A stretch of DNA of 61,532 bases from Thermoleophilaceae bacterium (GCA_025937135.1 JAICRZ010000001.1:1-61532); one strand, 5' to 3'. Shown: positions 8,856 through 16,936, counted from the first letter of the stretch. Numbers and translations are program-made. The notes: a model not told the origin generated them from the letters alone.

Positions 8856-10031
8856 CTACGCGGCGGCCGGAGCCGGCTCGTCCACGCGGCGCGGCATGAG
8901 CACCTCGCGGGCGATCACGAGGCGCTGGATCTGCGACGTGCCCTCGTAGAGCTGCATGATCTTCGCGTCGCGCATCAGCTTCTCGACGGGGTACTCCTTG
9001 ATGAAGCCGTAGCCGCCGTAGACCTGCACGGCGTCGACGGTCACCTCCATCGCGGAGTCGGCCGCGAAGCGCTTGGCGTGCGAGGACGCGAGCGTGTTGC
9101 GCTTGCCCTGGTCGAGCAGCGACGCCGACTGCCAGGTCAGCAGGCGACCGGCCTCGACCTTGGTCGACATGTCGGCGATCATGAACTGGATCGCCTGGTG
9201 CATCGCGATCGGCACGCCGAACTGCACGCGCTCCTTGGAGTAGTCGCGGGCGAACTCGAACGCGGCGCGCGCGATGCCGACGGCCATGGCGGCCACGCCG
9301 GGACGCGTGCGGTCGAGGGTCATCATCGCGAGCTTGAAGCCGCGGTTCTCCTCGAACAGCAGGTTCTCGGCCGGCACCTCGACGTCGTTGAAGCTGATCG
9401 TCGCGGTGTTGGAGGCGCGCTGCCCGAGCTTGTCCTCCTTCTTGTCGACGGTCACGCCGTCCCACTCGCGCTCGACCACGAAGGCCGAGATGCCCTTGTG
9501 GCCGGCCTCCTTGTCGGTCTTCGCGTAGACCGTGTAGTAGTCGGCGTAGCTGCCGTTCGTGATGAAGCACTTCGAGCCGTTGAGGATGTACTTGTCACCC
9601 TGGCGGACGGCGGTGGTGCGCATGCCCGACACGTCGGAGCCGGCGTCCGGCTCGGTCAGGCAGAACGACGCGAGCTTGGGCTCCTCGGTCAGCATCCCGA
9701 GGTACTTCTGCTTGATCTCCTCGGAGCCACCGAGCACGATCGGCGCGGTGGCCAGGCCGTTGCACATGAGGCTCGTGCCGATGCCCGAACAGCCCCAGCC
9801 GATCTCCTCCTCGATCAGGCAGCCGGTGAGGAAGTCGAGGCCGGGGCCGCCGTACTCCTCGGGGATGTGGGTGTTCATGAGACCCACCTCCCACGCCTTC
9901 TGGATCACGTCGCCCGGCCAGGCGCAGTACTTGTCCAGCTCCCAGGCGACCGGGCGCATCTCCTTCTCGGCGAAGTTGTGCGCGAGCTCGCGCATGTCCG
10001 TCTGCTCGTCGGTAAGCGTGAAATCGACCAC
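8856..10031 (-). CDS. acyl-CoA dehydrogenase
   Basis: GTG start with AAGGAG 5 nt upstream. Motifs CLTEPDAGSD and YEGTSQIQRLVIAR, with the full three-domain length of 391 aa. Confidence 0.93.
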   Translation of the reverse strand: MVDFTLTDEQTDMRELAHNFAEKEMRPVAWELDKYCAWPGDVIQKAWEVGLMNTHIPEEYGGPGLDFLTGCLIEEEIGWGCSGIGTSLMCNGLATAPIVLGGSEEIKQKYLGMLTEEPKLASFCLTEPDAGSDVSGMRTTAVRQGDKYILNGSKCFITNGSYADYYTVYAKTDKEAGHKGISAFVVEREWDGVTVDKKEDKLGQRASNTATISFNDVEVPAENLLFEENRGFKLAMMTLDRTRPGVAAMAVGIARAAFEFARDYSKERVQFGVPIAMHQAIQFMIADMSTKVEAGRLLTWQSASLLDQGKRNTLASSHAKRFAADSAMEVTVDAVQVYGGYGFIKEYPVEKLMRDAKIMQLYEGTSQIQRLVIAREVLMPRRVDEPAPAAA

Positions 10032-10080
10032 GAATGCTCCTTGTTACGGAAATCGGCGGCGGGAGGCGCGGGGGGCCTGA

Positions 10081-10108
10081 TTGACCCGTCAGTCAACGCC
10101 TGGGTCAA
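10081..10108. promoter_or_regulatory. TTGAC/GTCAA repeat cluster upstream of the acyl-CoA dehydrogenase gene (candidate operator)
   Basis: ttgacccgtcagtcaa (TTGAC-6nt-GTCAA) at 10081-10096, plus a third GTCAA at 10104-10108. Located 50-77 nt upstream of GTG 10031 on the minus strand. Confidence 0.3.
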
Positions 10109-10123
10109 GGGTAGTCGAGAACA

Positions 10124-10231
10124 TCAAAAAACGACGCGGATGAACACATAGACGCCGATTCCGATCGCTATCGCCGAAAGGAGCACGAGGCCCAGCTGCT
10201 CGGGGTACATCAGCGGTTTCGACGGGGCCAT
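10124..10231 (-). CDS. possible 35-aa hydrophobic micro-protein
   Basis: Not in the track because it is too short. The complement of 10229-10231 is ATG. Translation is MAPSKPLMYPEQLGLVLLSAIAIGIGVYVFIRVVF followed by TGA. It has one TM segment and mostly G/C third positions. Confidence 0.3.
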   Translation of the reverse strand: MAPSKPLMYPEQLGLVLLSAIAIGIGVYVFIRVVF

Positions 10232-10256
10232 CGTCCGCCGCCGTAAGCGTCGCCAC

Positions 10257-10712
10257 ATGCGGCAGACTGTACGCGTGGCAGACGCCTTTCCGATCGTGAT
10301 CATCGGGGTGTCGATCGCGGCGATCGCGGTGGCCGTCGTGGTCTCGCTCGCCAGCGGCGGGCTCTACGACCGGATCGGGCGCGGCGGGACGTTCGGCCTC
10401 GACACCGAGGGCGGCAGCGGTCGCCGCGGCCCCGCCCCGGGCAGCGCCGCCGCCCGCGCCGAGGCGGACGCGGAGATCCGCCAGCTCGTGGAGGCGAAGT
10501 CGGCGCGGCGCGTGGCCCGCGGTGAGGCGCCGCTCGACGTCGATGCCGAGATCGCCGCCCTCACGCAGCCGGCCGCCCCGGCCGACGCGGATCTGCGCGA
10601 GGAGGTTCGCCAGCTCGTGGTCGCGCGGAACGAGCGCCGCATGGCCCGCGGCCAGGAGCCGCTCGACGTCGAGACCGAGGTCGACCGCCAGCTCCGTGAC
10701 CTCGGCGGCTGA
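10257..10712 (+). CDS. membrane-anchored hypothetical protein with two tandem ~35-aa repeats
   Basis: N-terminal TM segment (FPIVIIGVSIAAIAVAVVVSLA). The repeats are EIRQLVEAKSARRVARGEAPLDVDAEIAAL and EVRQLVVARNERRMARGQEPLDVETEVDRQL. Confidence 0.6.
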   Translation: MRQTVRVADAFPIVIIGVSIAAIAVAVVVSLASGGLYDRIGRGGTFGLDTEGGSGRRGPAPGSAAARAEADAEIRQLVEAKSARRVARGEAPLDVDAEIAALTQPAAPADADLREEVRQLVVARNERRMARGQEPLDVETEVDRQLRDLGG

Positions 10713-10723
10713 CGATTCCACGT

Positions 10724-10751
10724 TTGTTACCCCTCGGCTTTCGGCTATAGA
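10724..10751 (+). promoter_or_regulatory. sigma-70-like promoter (TTGTTA-16nt-TATAGA) 8 nt upstream of ATG 10760; leaderless
   Basis: Read directly from the sequence. Confidence 0.45.
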
Positions 10752-10759
10752 TACCGGCA

Positions 10760-11092
10760 ATGGCTAACGATCGGCAGTACGAACTCGAGGATCTGGTCAA
10801 CCGGCCCGGCACCTACTTCAACCCGCAGACCGAGGTGATGGTCGTGGTCGACGACTCCCCGTCGCTCGACACCGAGATCTTCAACCTCGAGGAGTTCGAG
10901 GGCGCGGACTGGATCCTGATCTCCGACGATCTGCCGGTCGACGAGGCGCAGCGCGACGAGATGATGGAGACCTTCCAGGCCCGTCACCACGGCGGCGACG
11001 GCCGCGCGGTCGGGGTCGACCCGGAGACGGACGAGCCGGTCGACGAGGAAGAGGAAGAGCCGCCTCCGCCGGTCATAGACGAGCCTTCCTAG
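10760..11092 (+). CDS. hypothetical acidic protein
   Basis: 110 aa with good GC3 and an acidic tail (DEPVDEEEEEPPPP). The ATG lies 8 nt after a TTGTTA-16nt-TATAGA promoter-like element. Confidence 0.6.
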   Translation: MANDRQYELEDLVNRPGTYFNPQTEVMVVVDDSPSLDTEIFNLEEFEGADWILISDDLPVDEAQRDEMMETFQARHHGGDGRAVGVDPETDEPVDEEEEEPPPPVIDEPS

Positions 11093-11118
11093 GCCGTCTG
11101 TAGGGTCCAGGGCGCTCC

Positions 11119-12204
11119 GTGCGGCCCGTCTACTACCTCTCCGCGTTCATCCCGATTGCGGTCGCGCTGGACATCGCGCACGCGTCCGCGCCGCTGATCT
11201 TCTTCGCGTCGGCGATCGGCGTGATCCCCACCGCCGCGCTGATGAGCGACGCCACCGAGCAGCTCGCCGCGCGCTCCGGGCCCGGCATCGGCGGGCTCCT
11301 GAACGTGACGTTCGGCAACGCCCCCGAGCTGATCATCGCGTTCTTCGCCCTGCTCGAAGGGCTCCAGGAGGTCGTGAAGGCGTCGCTCGTGGGCAGCGTG
11401 CTCGGCAACTCGCTGCTCGTGCTCGGCGCGTCGATGCTCGCCGGCGGCTGGAAGCGCGAGAAGCAGACCTTCAACCGCACCGCGGCGCACACGCAGGCCG
11501 GCATGCTGCTCCTGGCCGCAGGCGCGCTGATCATGCCCGCGATCTTCCAGCTCGTGCACGGCGGCGGGCTGCCGCGCGTGGGCGAGGAGCGCCACCACTT
11601 CTCCCCCGACATCAACCACCTGTCGCTCGGCGTCGCGATCGTGCTGATCATCAGCTACGTGGTGGGGCTCTGGTTCTCGCTGCGCACGCATCGCGACGTC
11701 TTCAACGTCGGTCACGACAGCGAGGCCGAGACGCCGACCGGCACGTGGACCACGCGCAAGTCGGTGCTCCTGCTGGCGATCGCCGGTGTGCTCGTGGGCG
11801 TGATGAGCGAGATCCTGGTCAGCTCGATCGAGGACGCGTCGAAGGACATCGGGCTGTCGCAGTTCTTCGTCGGGGTGTTCATCGTGGCGATCGTCGGCAA
11901 CGCGGCGGAGCACTACGTGGCCGTGGTGGTCGCCATGAAGAACAAGATGGACCTGGCCGTGAACATCGCGATCGGGTCGAGCGCGCAGATCGCGCTGTTC
12001 GTCGCGCCCGTGCTGGTGCTGCTGTCGTTCGGGTTCGGCAAGTTCCCGATGGCGCTCGTGTTCAACGGCTACGAGCTCGCCGGCCTCGTGACGGCGGTGC
12101 TGATCGCCAACTTCCTCGCGTCCGAGGGCGAGTCAACGTGGTTCGAGGGCGTGCAGCTCCTCGCGCTCTACGCCGTCCTCGGGCTCGTCTTCTTCTTTGC
12201 GTAG
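11119..12204 (+). CDS. Ca2+/H+ antiporter (CaCA/CAX family)
   Basis: Two alpha-repeat signatures, GNAPELIIA and GNAAEHYVAV. About 10-11 TM segments. GTG start. Confidence 0.88.
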   Translation: MRPVYYLSAFIPIAVALDIAHASAPLIFFASAIGVIPTAALMSDATEQLAARSGPGIGGLLNVTFGNAPELIIAFFALLEGLQEVVKASLVGSVLGNSLLVLGASMLAGGWKREKQTFNRTAAHTQAGMLLLAAGALIMPAIFQLVHGGGLPRVGEERHHFSPDINHLSLGVAIVLIISYVVGLWFSLRTHRDVFNVGHDSEAETPTGTWTTRKSVLLLAIAGVLVGVMSEILVSSIEDASKDIGLSQFFVGVFIVAIVGNAAEHYVAVVVAMKNKMDLAVNIAIGSSAQIALFVAPVLVLLSFGFGKFPMALVFNGYELAGLVTAVLIANFLASEGESTWFEGVQLLALYAVLGLVFFFA

Positions 12205-13026
12205 CGACAGCGCGAAGCCGATCGCGAACACGAGGGCGATGATGCCGAGGCTCACGAGCGGTCCGATCTTCACGATGTCCTCGATCAGCAGCTTCACGCC
12301 CACCACCGCGAGCACCGCGCCGATCGTCTGGTTGAGGTAGCGGAAGCGCCTGGCCAGGCCCTCGACGAGGACGAACAGCGCGCGCAGGCCGAGCAGCGCG
12401 AACACGTTGCCCATCCAGATGATGAACGGATCGCGGGTGATGCCGAACGCCGCCGGGATCGAGTCGATCGCGAAGGCGATGTCGGCGAGGACGATCGCGA
12501 CGAGGCATACGAGCACCGGCGTGCCGCGGCGGCCGAGGACCCTGCGCGCCGCGCGGACGGTCATGCTCTTCTCGGGCTCGCCCTCGGACTCGTCCTGGGT
12601 CCAGATCCGCCAGGCGAGCACGATGAGCGTCGCGCCCAGGACGTAGACCACCGCGTGGACGTTCTCGATCAGCTGCACACCGCCGAGGATCGCGAGGCCC
12701 CTGAGCACCAGCGCCGCGACGATCCCCCAGAACAGCAGCTTCGCCCGCCGCTCCTGCGGGATCGCGAAGAACGCGAACAGCATCAGGAAGACGAAGAGGT
12801 TGTCGAGGCTCAGCGAGCGCTCGACGAGGTAGACGGTCAGGTACTCGACGGCGTCGCCGCCGCCGCGCAGCGGCCAGATCACGAGCGCCGCGGCGAAGCT
12901 GAGCGCCAGCCAGCCGACCGACCAGATCGCGCCCTCGCGGAAGCTCGGCTCGCGGCCGCGTGCGAACAGCTTCAGGTCCACGACGAGCAGGGCGACGAGG
13001 ACGACGGATAGGACGAGCCAGGCCAT
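12133..13026 (-). CDS. TerC family integral membrane protein
   Basis: In frame inside track ORF 12133-13662. Start is ATG 13026 (MAWLVLSVVLVALLVVDLKLF...). TerC-like motifs VERSLSLDNLFVF and DSIPAAFGIT. Confidence 0.85.
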   Translation of the reverse strand: MAWLVLSVVLVALLVVDLKLFARGREPSFREGAIWSVGWLALSFAAALVIWPLRGGGDAVEYLTVYLVERSLSLDNLFVFLMLFAFFAIPQERRAKLLFWGIVAALVLRGLAILGGVQLIENVHAVVYVLGATLIVLAWRIWTQDESEGEPEKSMTVRAARRVLGRRGTPVLVCLVAIVLADIAFAIDSIPAAFGITRDPFIIWMGNVFALLGLRALFVLVEGLARRFRYLNQTIGAVLAVVGVKLLIEDIVKIGPLVSLGIIALVFAIGFALSLRKEEDEPEDGVEREELHALEPR

Positions 13027-13068
13027 CTGGGTCAGACGATGGTGGACGTCACCTCTAAGTATTTGCTT

Positions 13069-13578
13069 ATGACAGCCGCACAGGTAGCCTCGGCCGCCGT
13101 GGCAGACCCTGCACGCTGGTACGTACCCATCCGCGACCACGAGCGGTTGCTCGCGTGGCTCGTGGGCATCCAGGCGACAGGACCGCTGGGCCGGCTGATC
13201 CATGCGCTGCTCGCGCTGCGCGGCACCGACATCCACGAGGCCGTGCGGCCCGGTCGGGGGCTGCGACTGCCGCACGCGGGGATCGGCGTGGTGGTGCATC
13301 AGGACACGCGGATCGGCCGGAACGTGACGATCTACAGCAACGTCACGGTCGGTCGCGCCGATCCCTGGCGCGCCTACCCGCGCCCGTTCGGCGGGATCGA
13401 CATCTGCGACGAGGCGATCCTCTGCTCCGGGGCAGCCGTGCTCGGCCACGGCGCCGAGCCGCTGGTGGTGGCGGAGGGGACCGTGGTGGGCGCCAACTCG
13501 GTCCTGACCGAGTCGACCGGGCCCTGGGAGATCTGGGCCGGCGCGCCTGCCCGCAAGGTGGGCGAGCGCGAGAGGTAG
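13069..13578 (+). CDS. hexapeptide-repeat (left-handed beta-helix) acetyltransferase, serine-acetyltransferase-like
   Basis: Hexapeptide-type repeats (GIGVVVHQDTRIGRNVTIYSNVTVG, ICDEAILCSGAAVLG, VAEGTVVGANSVL). Start is uncertain: ATG 13069 is preferred over ATG 13039 because 13040-13068 is AT-richer and only 12 nt from the divergent TerC start. Confidence 0.75.
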   Translation: MTAAQVASAAVADPARWYVPIRDHERLLAWLVGIQATGPLGRLIHALLALRGTDIHEAVRPGRGLRLPHAGIGVVVHQDTRIGRNVTIYSNVTVGRADPWRAYPRPFGGIDICDEAILCSGAAVLGHGAEPLVVAEGTVVGANSVLTESTGPWEIWAGAPARKVGERER

Positions 13579-13619
13579 GCCCGCTCGCGCAAGTCGATTC
13601 CCGCGCGTGGCGAGCGGGC
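13579..13619 (+). terminator. GC-rich hairpin directly after the acetyltransferase stop
   Basis: GCCCGCTCGC (13579-13588) pairs with GCGAGCGGGC (13610-13619), leaving a 21-nt loop. No T-tract follows. Confidence 0.3.
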
Positions 13620-13655
13620 GGAAACGCTGGTACGTTCGGCCGGGGAGCGCCGACG

Positions 13656-15092
13656 ATGCCATCGCCCAGCGAGAACGACGCCACGACGCTGGTCAAGGTA
13701 CGCAACACGGCGATGCTCGCCGCCGTGTCCGCGCTCGAGACGACCGTGCCGCACTGGCCGCTGCCGGTGGTCGAGCGGATCGGTGCGCGCCGGATCGCGT
13801 CGATCATCCGCTGGGCATACGACACCGTGCCCTTCTACGGCAAGGCGATGCGCTCGGCGGGTCTCGTGCCCGGCGACTTCCGGCGCCCCGAGGACCTCGC
13901 CCGGCTGCCGCTCATCGACGGCGACCGCGTGCAGGACGACATCGAGAGCTTCCTCTCGACCGCGATCCCGCGCAGCGGGCGGAAGGGCTTCCACACGAGC
14001 GGCTCGACCAGCGGCATGCGCCGGCTCGTCTTCTGGGACGACCACGCGCTGCTGATGAAGGCGGCCCGCAGCCAGCGCGACCGGCTCGTGGTCAACCGCC
14101 TCGCGGCGGAGCGCACTCTCGCGTCGATGCTGCGGGAGTTCGCGGGCGAGGGAAACGCGTCCTGGCAGCGCGCGCTCGCGCGTGTGGCCGGGGACCGGGC
14201 CGACCACCAGCGCCTCTCGATCATCCCGGCCGACTACTCGAGCCGCACGCAGCGCACGTTCTGGAGCCAGTGGTCGTTCGTGCCCGCCCGCGCGGGCCAC
14301 TACAGCCTGCTCTCCCCCAGCGAGCCCTACCCCGCAGCCGCCGACAGGCTCGATGCCATGCGACCGCGCGTGGTGTTCTCGTACGGCTCCTACGCCGACG
14401 AGTTCCTCCGCTACATCGACACCAGCGGCCGCACGGTCGCGCTGCCGCGGCTGTGGGTCTACATGGGCGACAGCGTGGGCGTGCGCGGCCGTGAGCTAGC
14501 GCGCAGCCTCGGCTGCCACCTGTACTCGGTGTACACGTCGATGGAGGCGGGCGCGATCGGATTCCAGTGCGAGCGCTGCGAGGGCTTCCACCTCAACGTG
14601 GACATCTGTGCAGTGCGCGTGGCCGGCGACGACGGCGCAACGCTGCCGGCCGGCGAGACCGGCGACATCGTCGTGTCGAACCTGGAGAACCGCGGCATGG
14701 TGCTGCTGAACTACCGCCAGGGCGACCGCGGCGCGCTGGCCACCGCGCCCTGCCCCTGCGGGCGCCGGCTGCCGCTGCTCGAGCGTCTGGAGGGGCGGCG
14801 CTCCGACGTGGTCACGGCAGCCGACGGCCGACGGCTGTCCGCGCTCAACCTCGAGGGACTGTTCCGCCACGAGCTGAAGCACGTGACCCAGTGCCAGCTC
14901 CACCAGCCGCGGCCGGGCACGATCACGTGGCGGCTCGTGACCGCGGCCGGAGTCGACCGCGACACCCTGCGCGCCGCGGTGGTCGAGCGCGGCCGCAGCG
15001 TGCTGGGCGAGGACACGGAGGTGCGCGTGGAATTCACCGACCGGATCGAGAAGACCGCGCGCGGCAAGCTGCTGCGGGTGGCGCCGGCTTGA
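13656..15092 (+). CDS. CapK / coenzyme F390 synthetase-like adenylate-forming enzyme (PaaK superfamily)
   Basis: In frame inside track ORF 13155-15092. Start is ATG 13656 (MPSPSEND...). Contains VPFYGKAMRSAGLVPGDFRRPEDLARLPLIDGD and the TSGSTSG P-loop-like motif, with a C-terminal ...KTARGKLLRV. Confidence 0.78.
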   Translation: MPSPSENDATTLVKVRNTAMLAAVSALETTVPHWPLPVVERIGARRIASIIRWAYDTVPFYGKAMRSAGLVPGDFRRPEDLARLPLIDGDRVQDDIESFLSTAIPRSGRKGFHTSGSTSGMRRLVFWDDHALLMKAARSQRDRLVVNRLAAERTLASMLREFAGEGNASWQRALARVAGDRADHQRLSIIPADYSSRTQRTFWSQWSFVPARAGHYSLLSPSEPYPAAADRLDAMRPRVVFSYGSYADEFLRYIDTSGRTVALPRLWVYMGDSVGVRGRELARSLGCHLYSVYTSMEAGAIGFQCERCEGFHLNVDICAVRVAGDDGATLPAGETGDIVVSNLENRGMVLLNYRQGDRGALATAPCPCGRRLPLLERLEGRRSDVVTAADGRRLSALNLEGLFRHELKHVTQCQLHQPRPGTITWRLVTAAGVDRDTLRAAVVERGRSVLGEDTEVRVEFTDRIEKTARGKLLRVAPA

Positions 15093-16144
15093 CCCGCCGA
15101 GCGCTGATGGCGGCGGCCGGCCTGCTGCCGGCCGCGCTCGCAGGCACCTGGGCCGCGGCGCTCGCCTATGGACGACGCGCGCAGCGCCGTACGCCCGGCC
15201 CGGGAGACGGAACGCTTCTGGTGTTCGGCGCCGGGCTCATGCGATGGGGTCCACGCGCCGGCCGCCCCACGCCCCTGCTCCAGGCTCGCCTCGACCGGGC
15301 CGCCGCCCTGTTCAGGGCGGGGGCCGCCCGCAGCGTGTCGTGCTCGGGCGGCCCGGAGGAAGTGGAGGCGATGCGCGGCAGCCTGGAGGAGGCCGGCGTC
15401 CCGGCGGCGGCGATCGAGGTCGACCCACAGGGCCTGAACACGGAACTGACGCTGGCGAACGCCGCGGCCCGAGCCACACGGCTCATCGCCGTGACCTCGC
15501 GCAACCACGCCCTGCGCGTGCTGCTCGAGTCCAGGCGGCAGGGGCTCGACGTGACGGTGTGCGCGGCCGCCGCCACGCCTGCACGAGGTCCGCTGCGGTG
15601 GCGCGTTCGTGACGGCCTTCGCGAGCTGCTGGCCCTGTGGTGGTACGCGGCCCGGTCGGCGGCTGGTCAAAGCCTCTTCGATCGCGTCCCGTGGCCGTGG
15701 CTGCCGATCCTGTCCCGGCGCGACCGCATGCTCGCCCGCGTGCCGGGGCGCCCGGATCCGTTCATCACGATCGACCGCTTCTCGCGGACGCTCCGCGTGT
15801 ACAGCGGCGGCAGGGTGGCCCGCGCCTATCGCGTCGGCGTGGGCACCGTCGGCAGGCGCACGCCGAGGGGCGAGTTCCTGATCGAGAACAAGCTCGTGGA
15901 CCCGGTCTGGCACGTGCCCGACAGGCCGGGCTTCGGCGCCCTCGCGGGCACCGCCCTGCCGGCCGGCGATCCGCGCAACCGGATCCGCGCCCGCTGGCTG
16001 GGCGTGTACGGGCCGGTGGGAATCCACGGCACCTCCGACGCGCGGCCCACTCGCCCGTCCCATGGCTGCGTAAAGATGTCCGAGGCCGACGTGGTCGATC
16101 TCTACGAACGCGTGCCCGATGGGACACCGGTCGTCATCGGCTGA
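15089..16144 (+). CDS. DUF218 (YdcF/SanA-like) domain fused to L,D-transpeptidase (YkuD) catalytic domain
   Basis: In frame inside track ORF 14567-16144. TTG 15089 overlaps the upstream stop (TTGA); an alternative ATG is at 15107. N-terminal anchor RRALMAAAGLLPAALAG. DUF218-like region LLVFGAGL...SCSGG...NTELTLANAA...AVTSRNHALRV. YkuD active-site motif IHGTSDARPTRPSHGCVKM. Confidence 0.8.
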   Translation: MTRRALMAAAGLLPAALAGTWAAALAYGRRAQRRTPGPGDGTLLVFGAGLMRWGPRAGRPTPLLQARLDRAAALFRAGAARSVSCSGGPEEVEAMRGSLEEAGVPAAAIEVDPQGLNTELTLANAAARATRLIAVTSRNHALRVLLESRRQGLDVTVCAAAATPARGPLRWRVRDGLRELLALWWYAARSAAGQSLFDRVPWPWLPILSRRDRMLARVPGRPDPFITIDRFSRTLRVYSGGRVARAYRVGVGTVGRRTPRGEFLIENKLVDPVWHVPDRPGFGALAGTALPAGDPRNRIRARWLGVYGPVGIHGTSDARPTRPSHGCVKMSEADVVDLYERVPDGTPVVIG

Positions 16145-16925
16145 CACTCACGGGTCCGGCTACTGGGACGCGGTCGGCGTCAGCTGGACCGACGAGCCGA
16201 CCGACCCCCTCTGGCGCGCCCATACGGACGCTGTGTACGCCAGGTTGATGGAACGCCGGCTGCCGCGTCACTACAGGCGCGCACTCAAGACCGACCTGTT
16301 CGACGAGGCCGTGGCCGCGGGGTTCGGCGACTCGATCGCGCGGCGGTCGGATGCGCTCGTGGGCATCGACACCTCGGCTGCGGTGCTGGCCCGCGCCGCG
16401 GCGCGCAGCCCGGACCTCGAGACGGTGATGGCGGACGTGCGCGCGCTGCCATTCGGCGACAGGGAGTTCGACCTCGTGGTGTCGCCGTCCACGCTCGACC
16501 ACTTCGGCGCGCCCGGCGACCTGCGCCGGGCGCTGCTCGAGCTTGCGCGCGTGCTCGAGCCGGGCGGCACGCTCCTCCTGACCCTGGACAACCTCGCGAA
16601 CCCGCTCGTGGCCCTTCGCAACGCGCTGCCCTTCGAGCTGCTGAGGCGATCGCGCCTGGTGCCGTATTTCGTGGGCGCGAGCCTCGGTCCGCGCCGGCTC
16701 AGGCGGCTGCTGGACGAGTGCGGCTTCGAGGTGACCGCCGCGGAGGCGATCGTGCACGTGCCGCGCGTGCTCGCGGTGCTTGCGGCCCGGGTGGTCGAAC
16801 GACGGGGCGGGCCGCGCGCGCAGCGGCGTCTGGGTGCCGTGCTGATGCGCTTCGAGGCGCTGGAGCGCCTGCCCACCCGCTTCCTGAGCGGGCACATGGT
16901 GGTGGCGGTGGCGACCCGGCGCTGA
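16119..16925 (+). CDS. class I SAM-dependent methyltransferase
   Basis: LVGIDTSAAVLARA (motif I region), ALPFGDREFDLVVS, LEPGGTLLLT. Confidence 0.8.
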   Translation: MGHRSSSADTHGSGYWDAVGVSWTDEPTDPLWRAHTDAVYARLMERRLPRHYRRALKTDLFDEAVAAGFGDSIARRSDALVGIDTSAAVLARAAARSPDLETVMADVRALPFGDREFDLVVSPSTLDHFGAPGDLRRALLELARVLEPGGTLLLTLDNLANPLVALRNALPFELLRRSRLVPYFVGASLGPRRLRRLLDECGFEVTAAEAIVHVPRVLAVLAARVVERRGGPRAQRRLGAVLMRFEALERLPTRFLSGHMVVAVATRR

Positions 16926-16936
16926 AGCGCTGCGCG

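Noticed and set aside
13027-13068. Mn2+ (yybP-ykoY) riboswitch upstream of the TerC gene
   Set aside because: Only 12-42 nt are available before the divergent gene. The sequence lacks the conserved GGGGAGUAG-type core I would expect.
13656-15092. PaaK (phenylacetate-CoA ligase) assignment for the PaaK-superfamily enzyme
   Set aside because: It is 36 kb from the paa genes and is embedded in and overlapping with cell-envelope genes. Its N-terminal region looks more CapK/F390-synthetase-like. It is kept only as a superfamily call.
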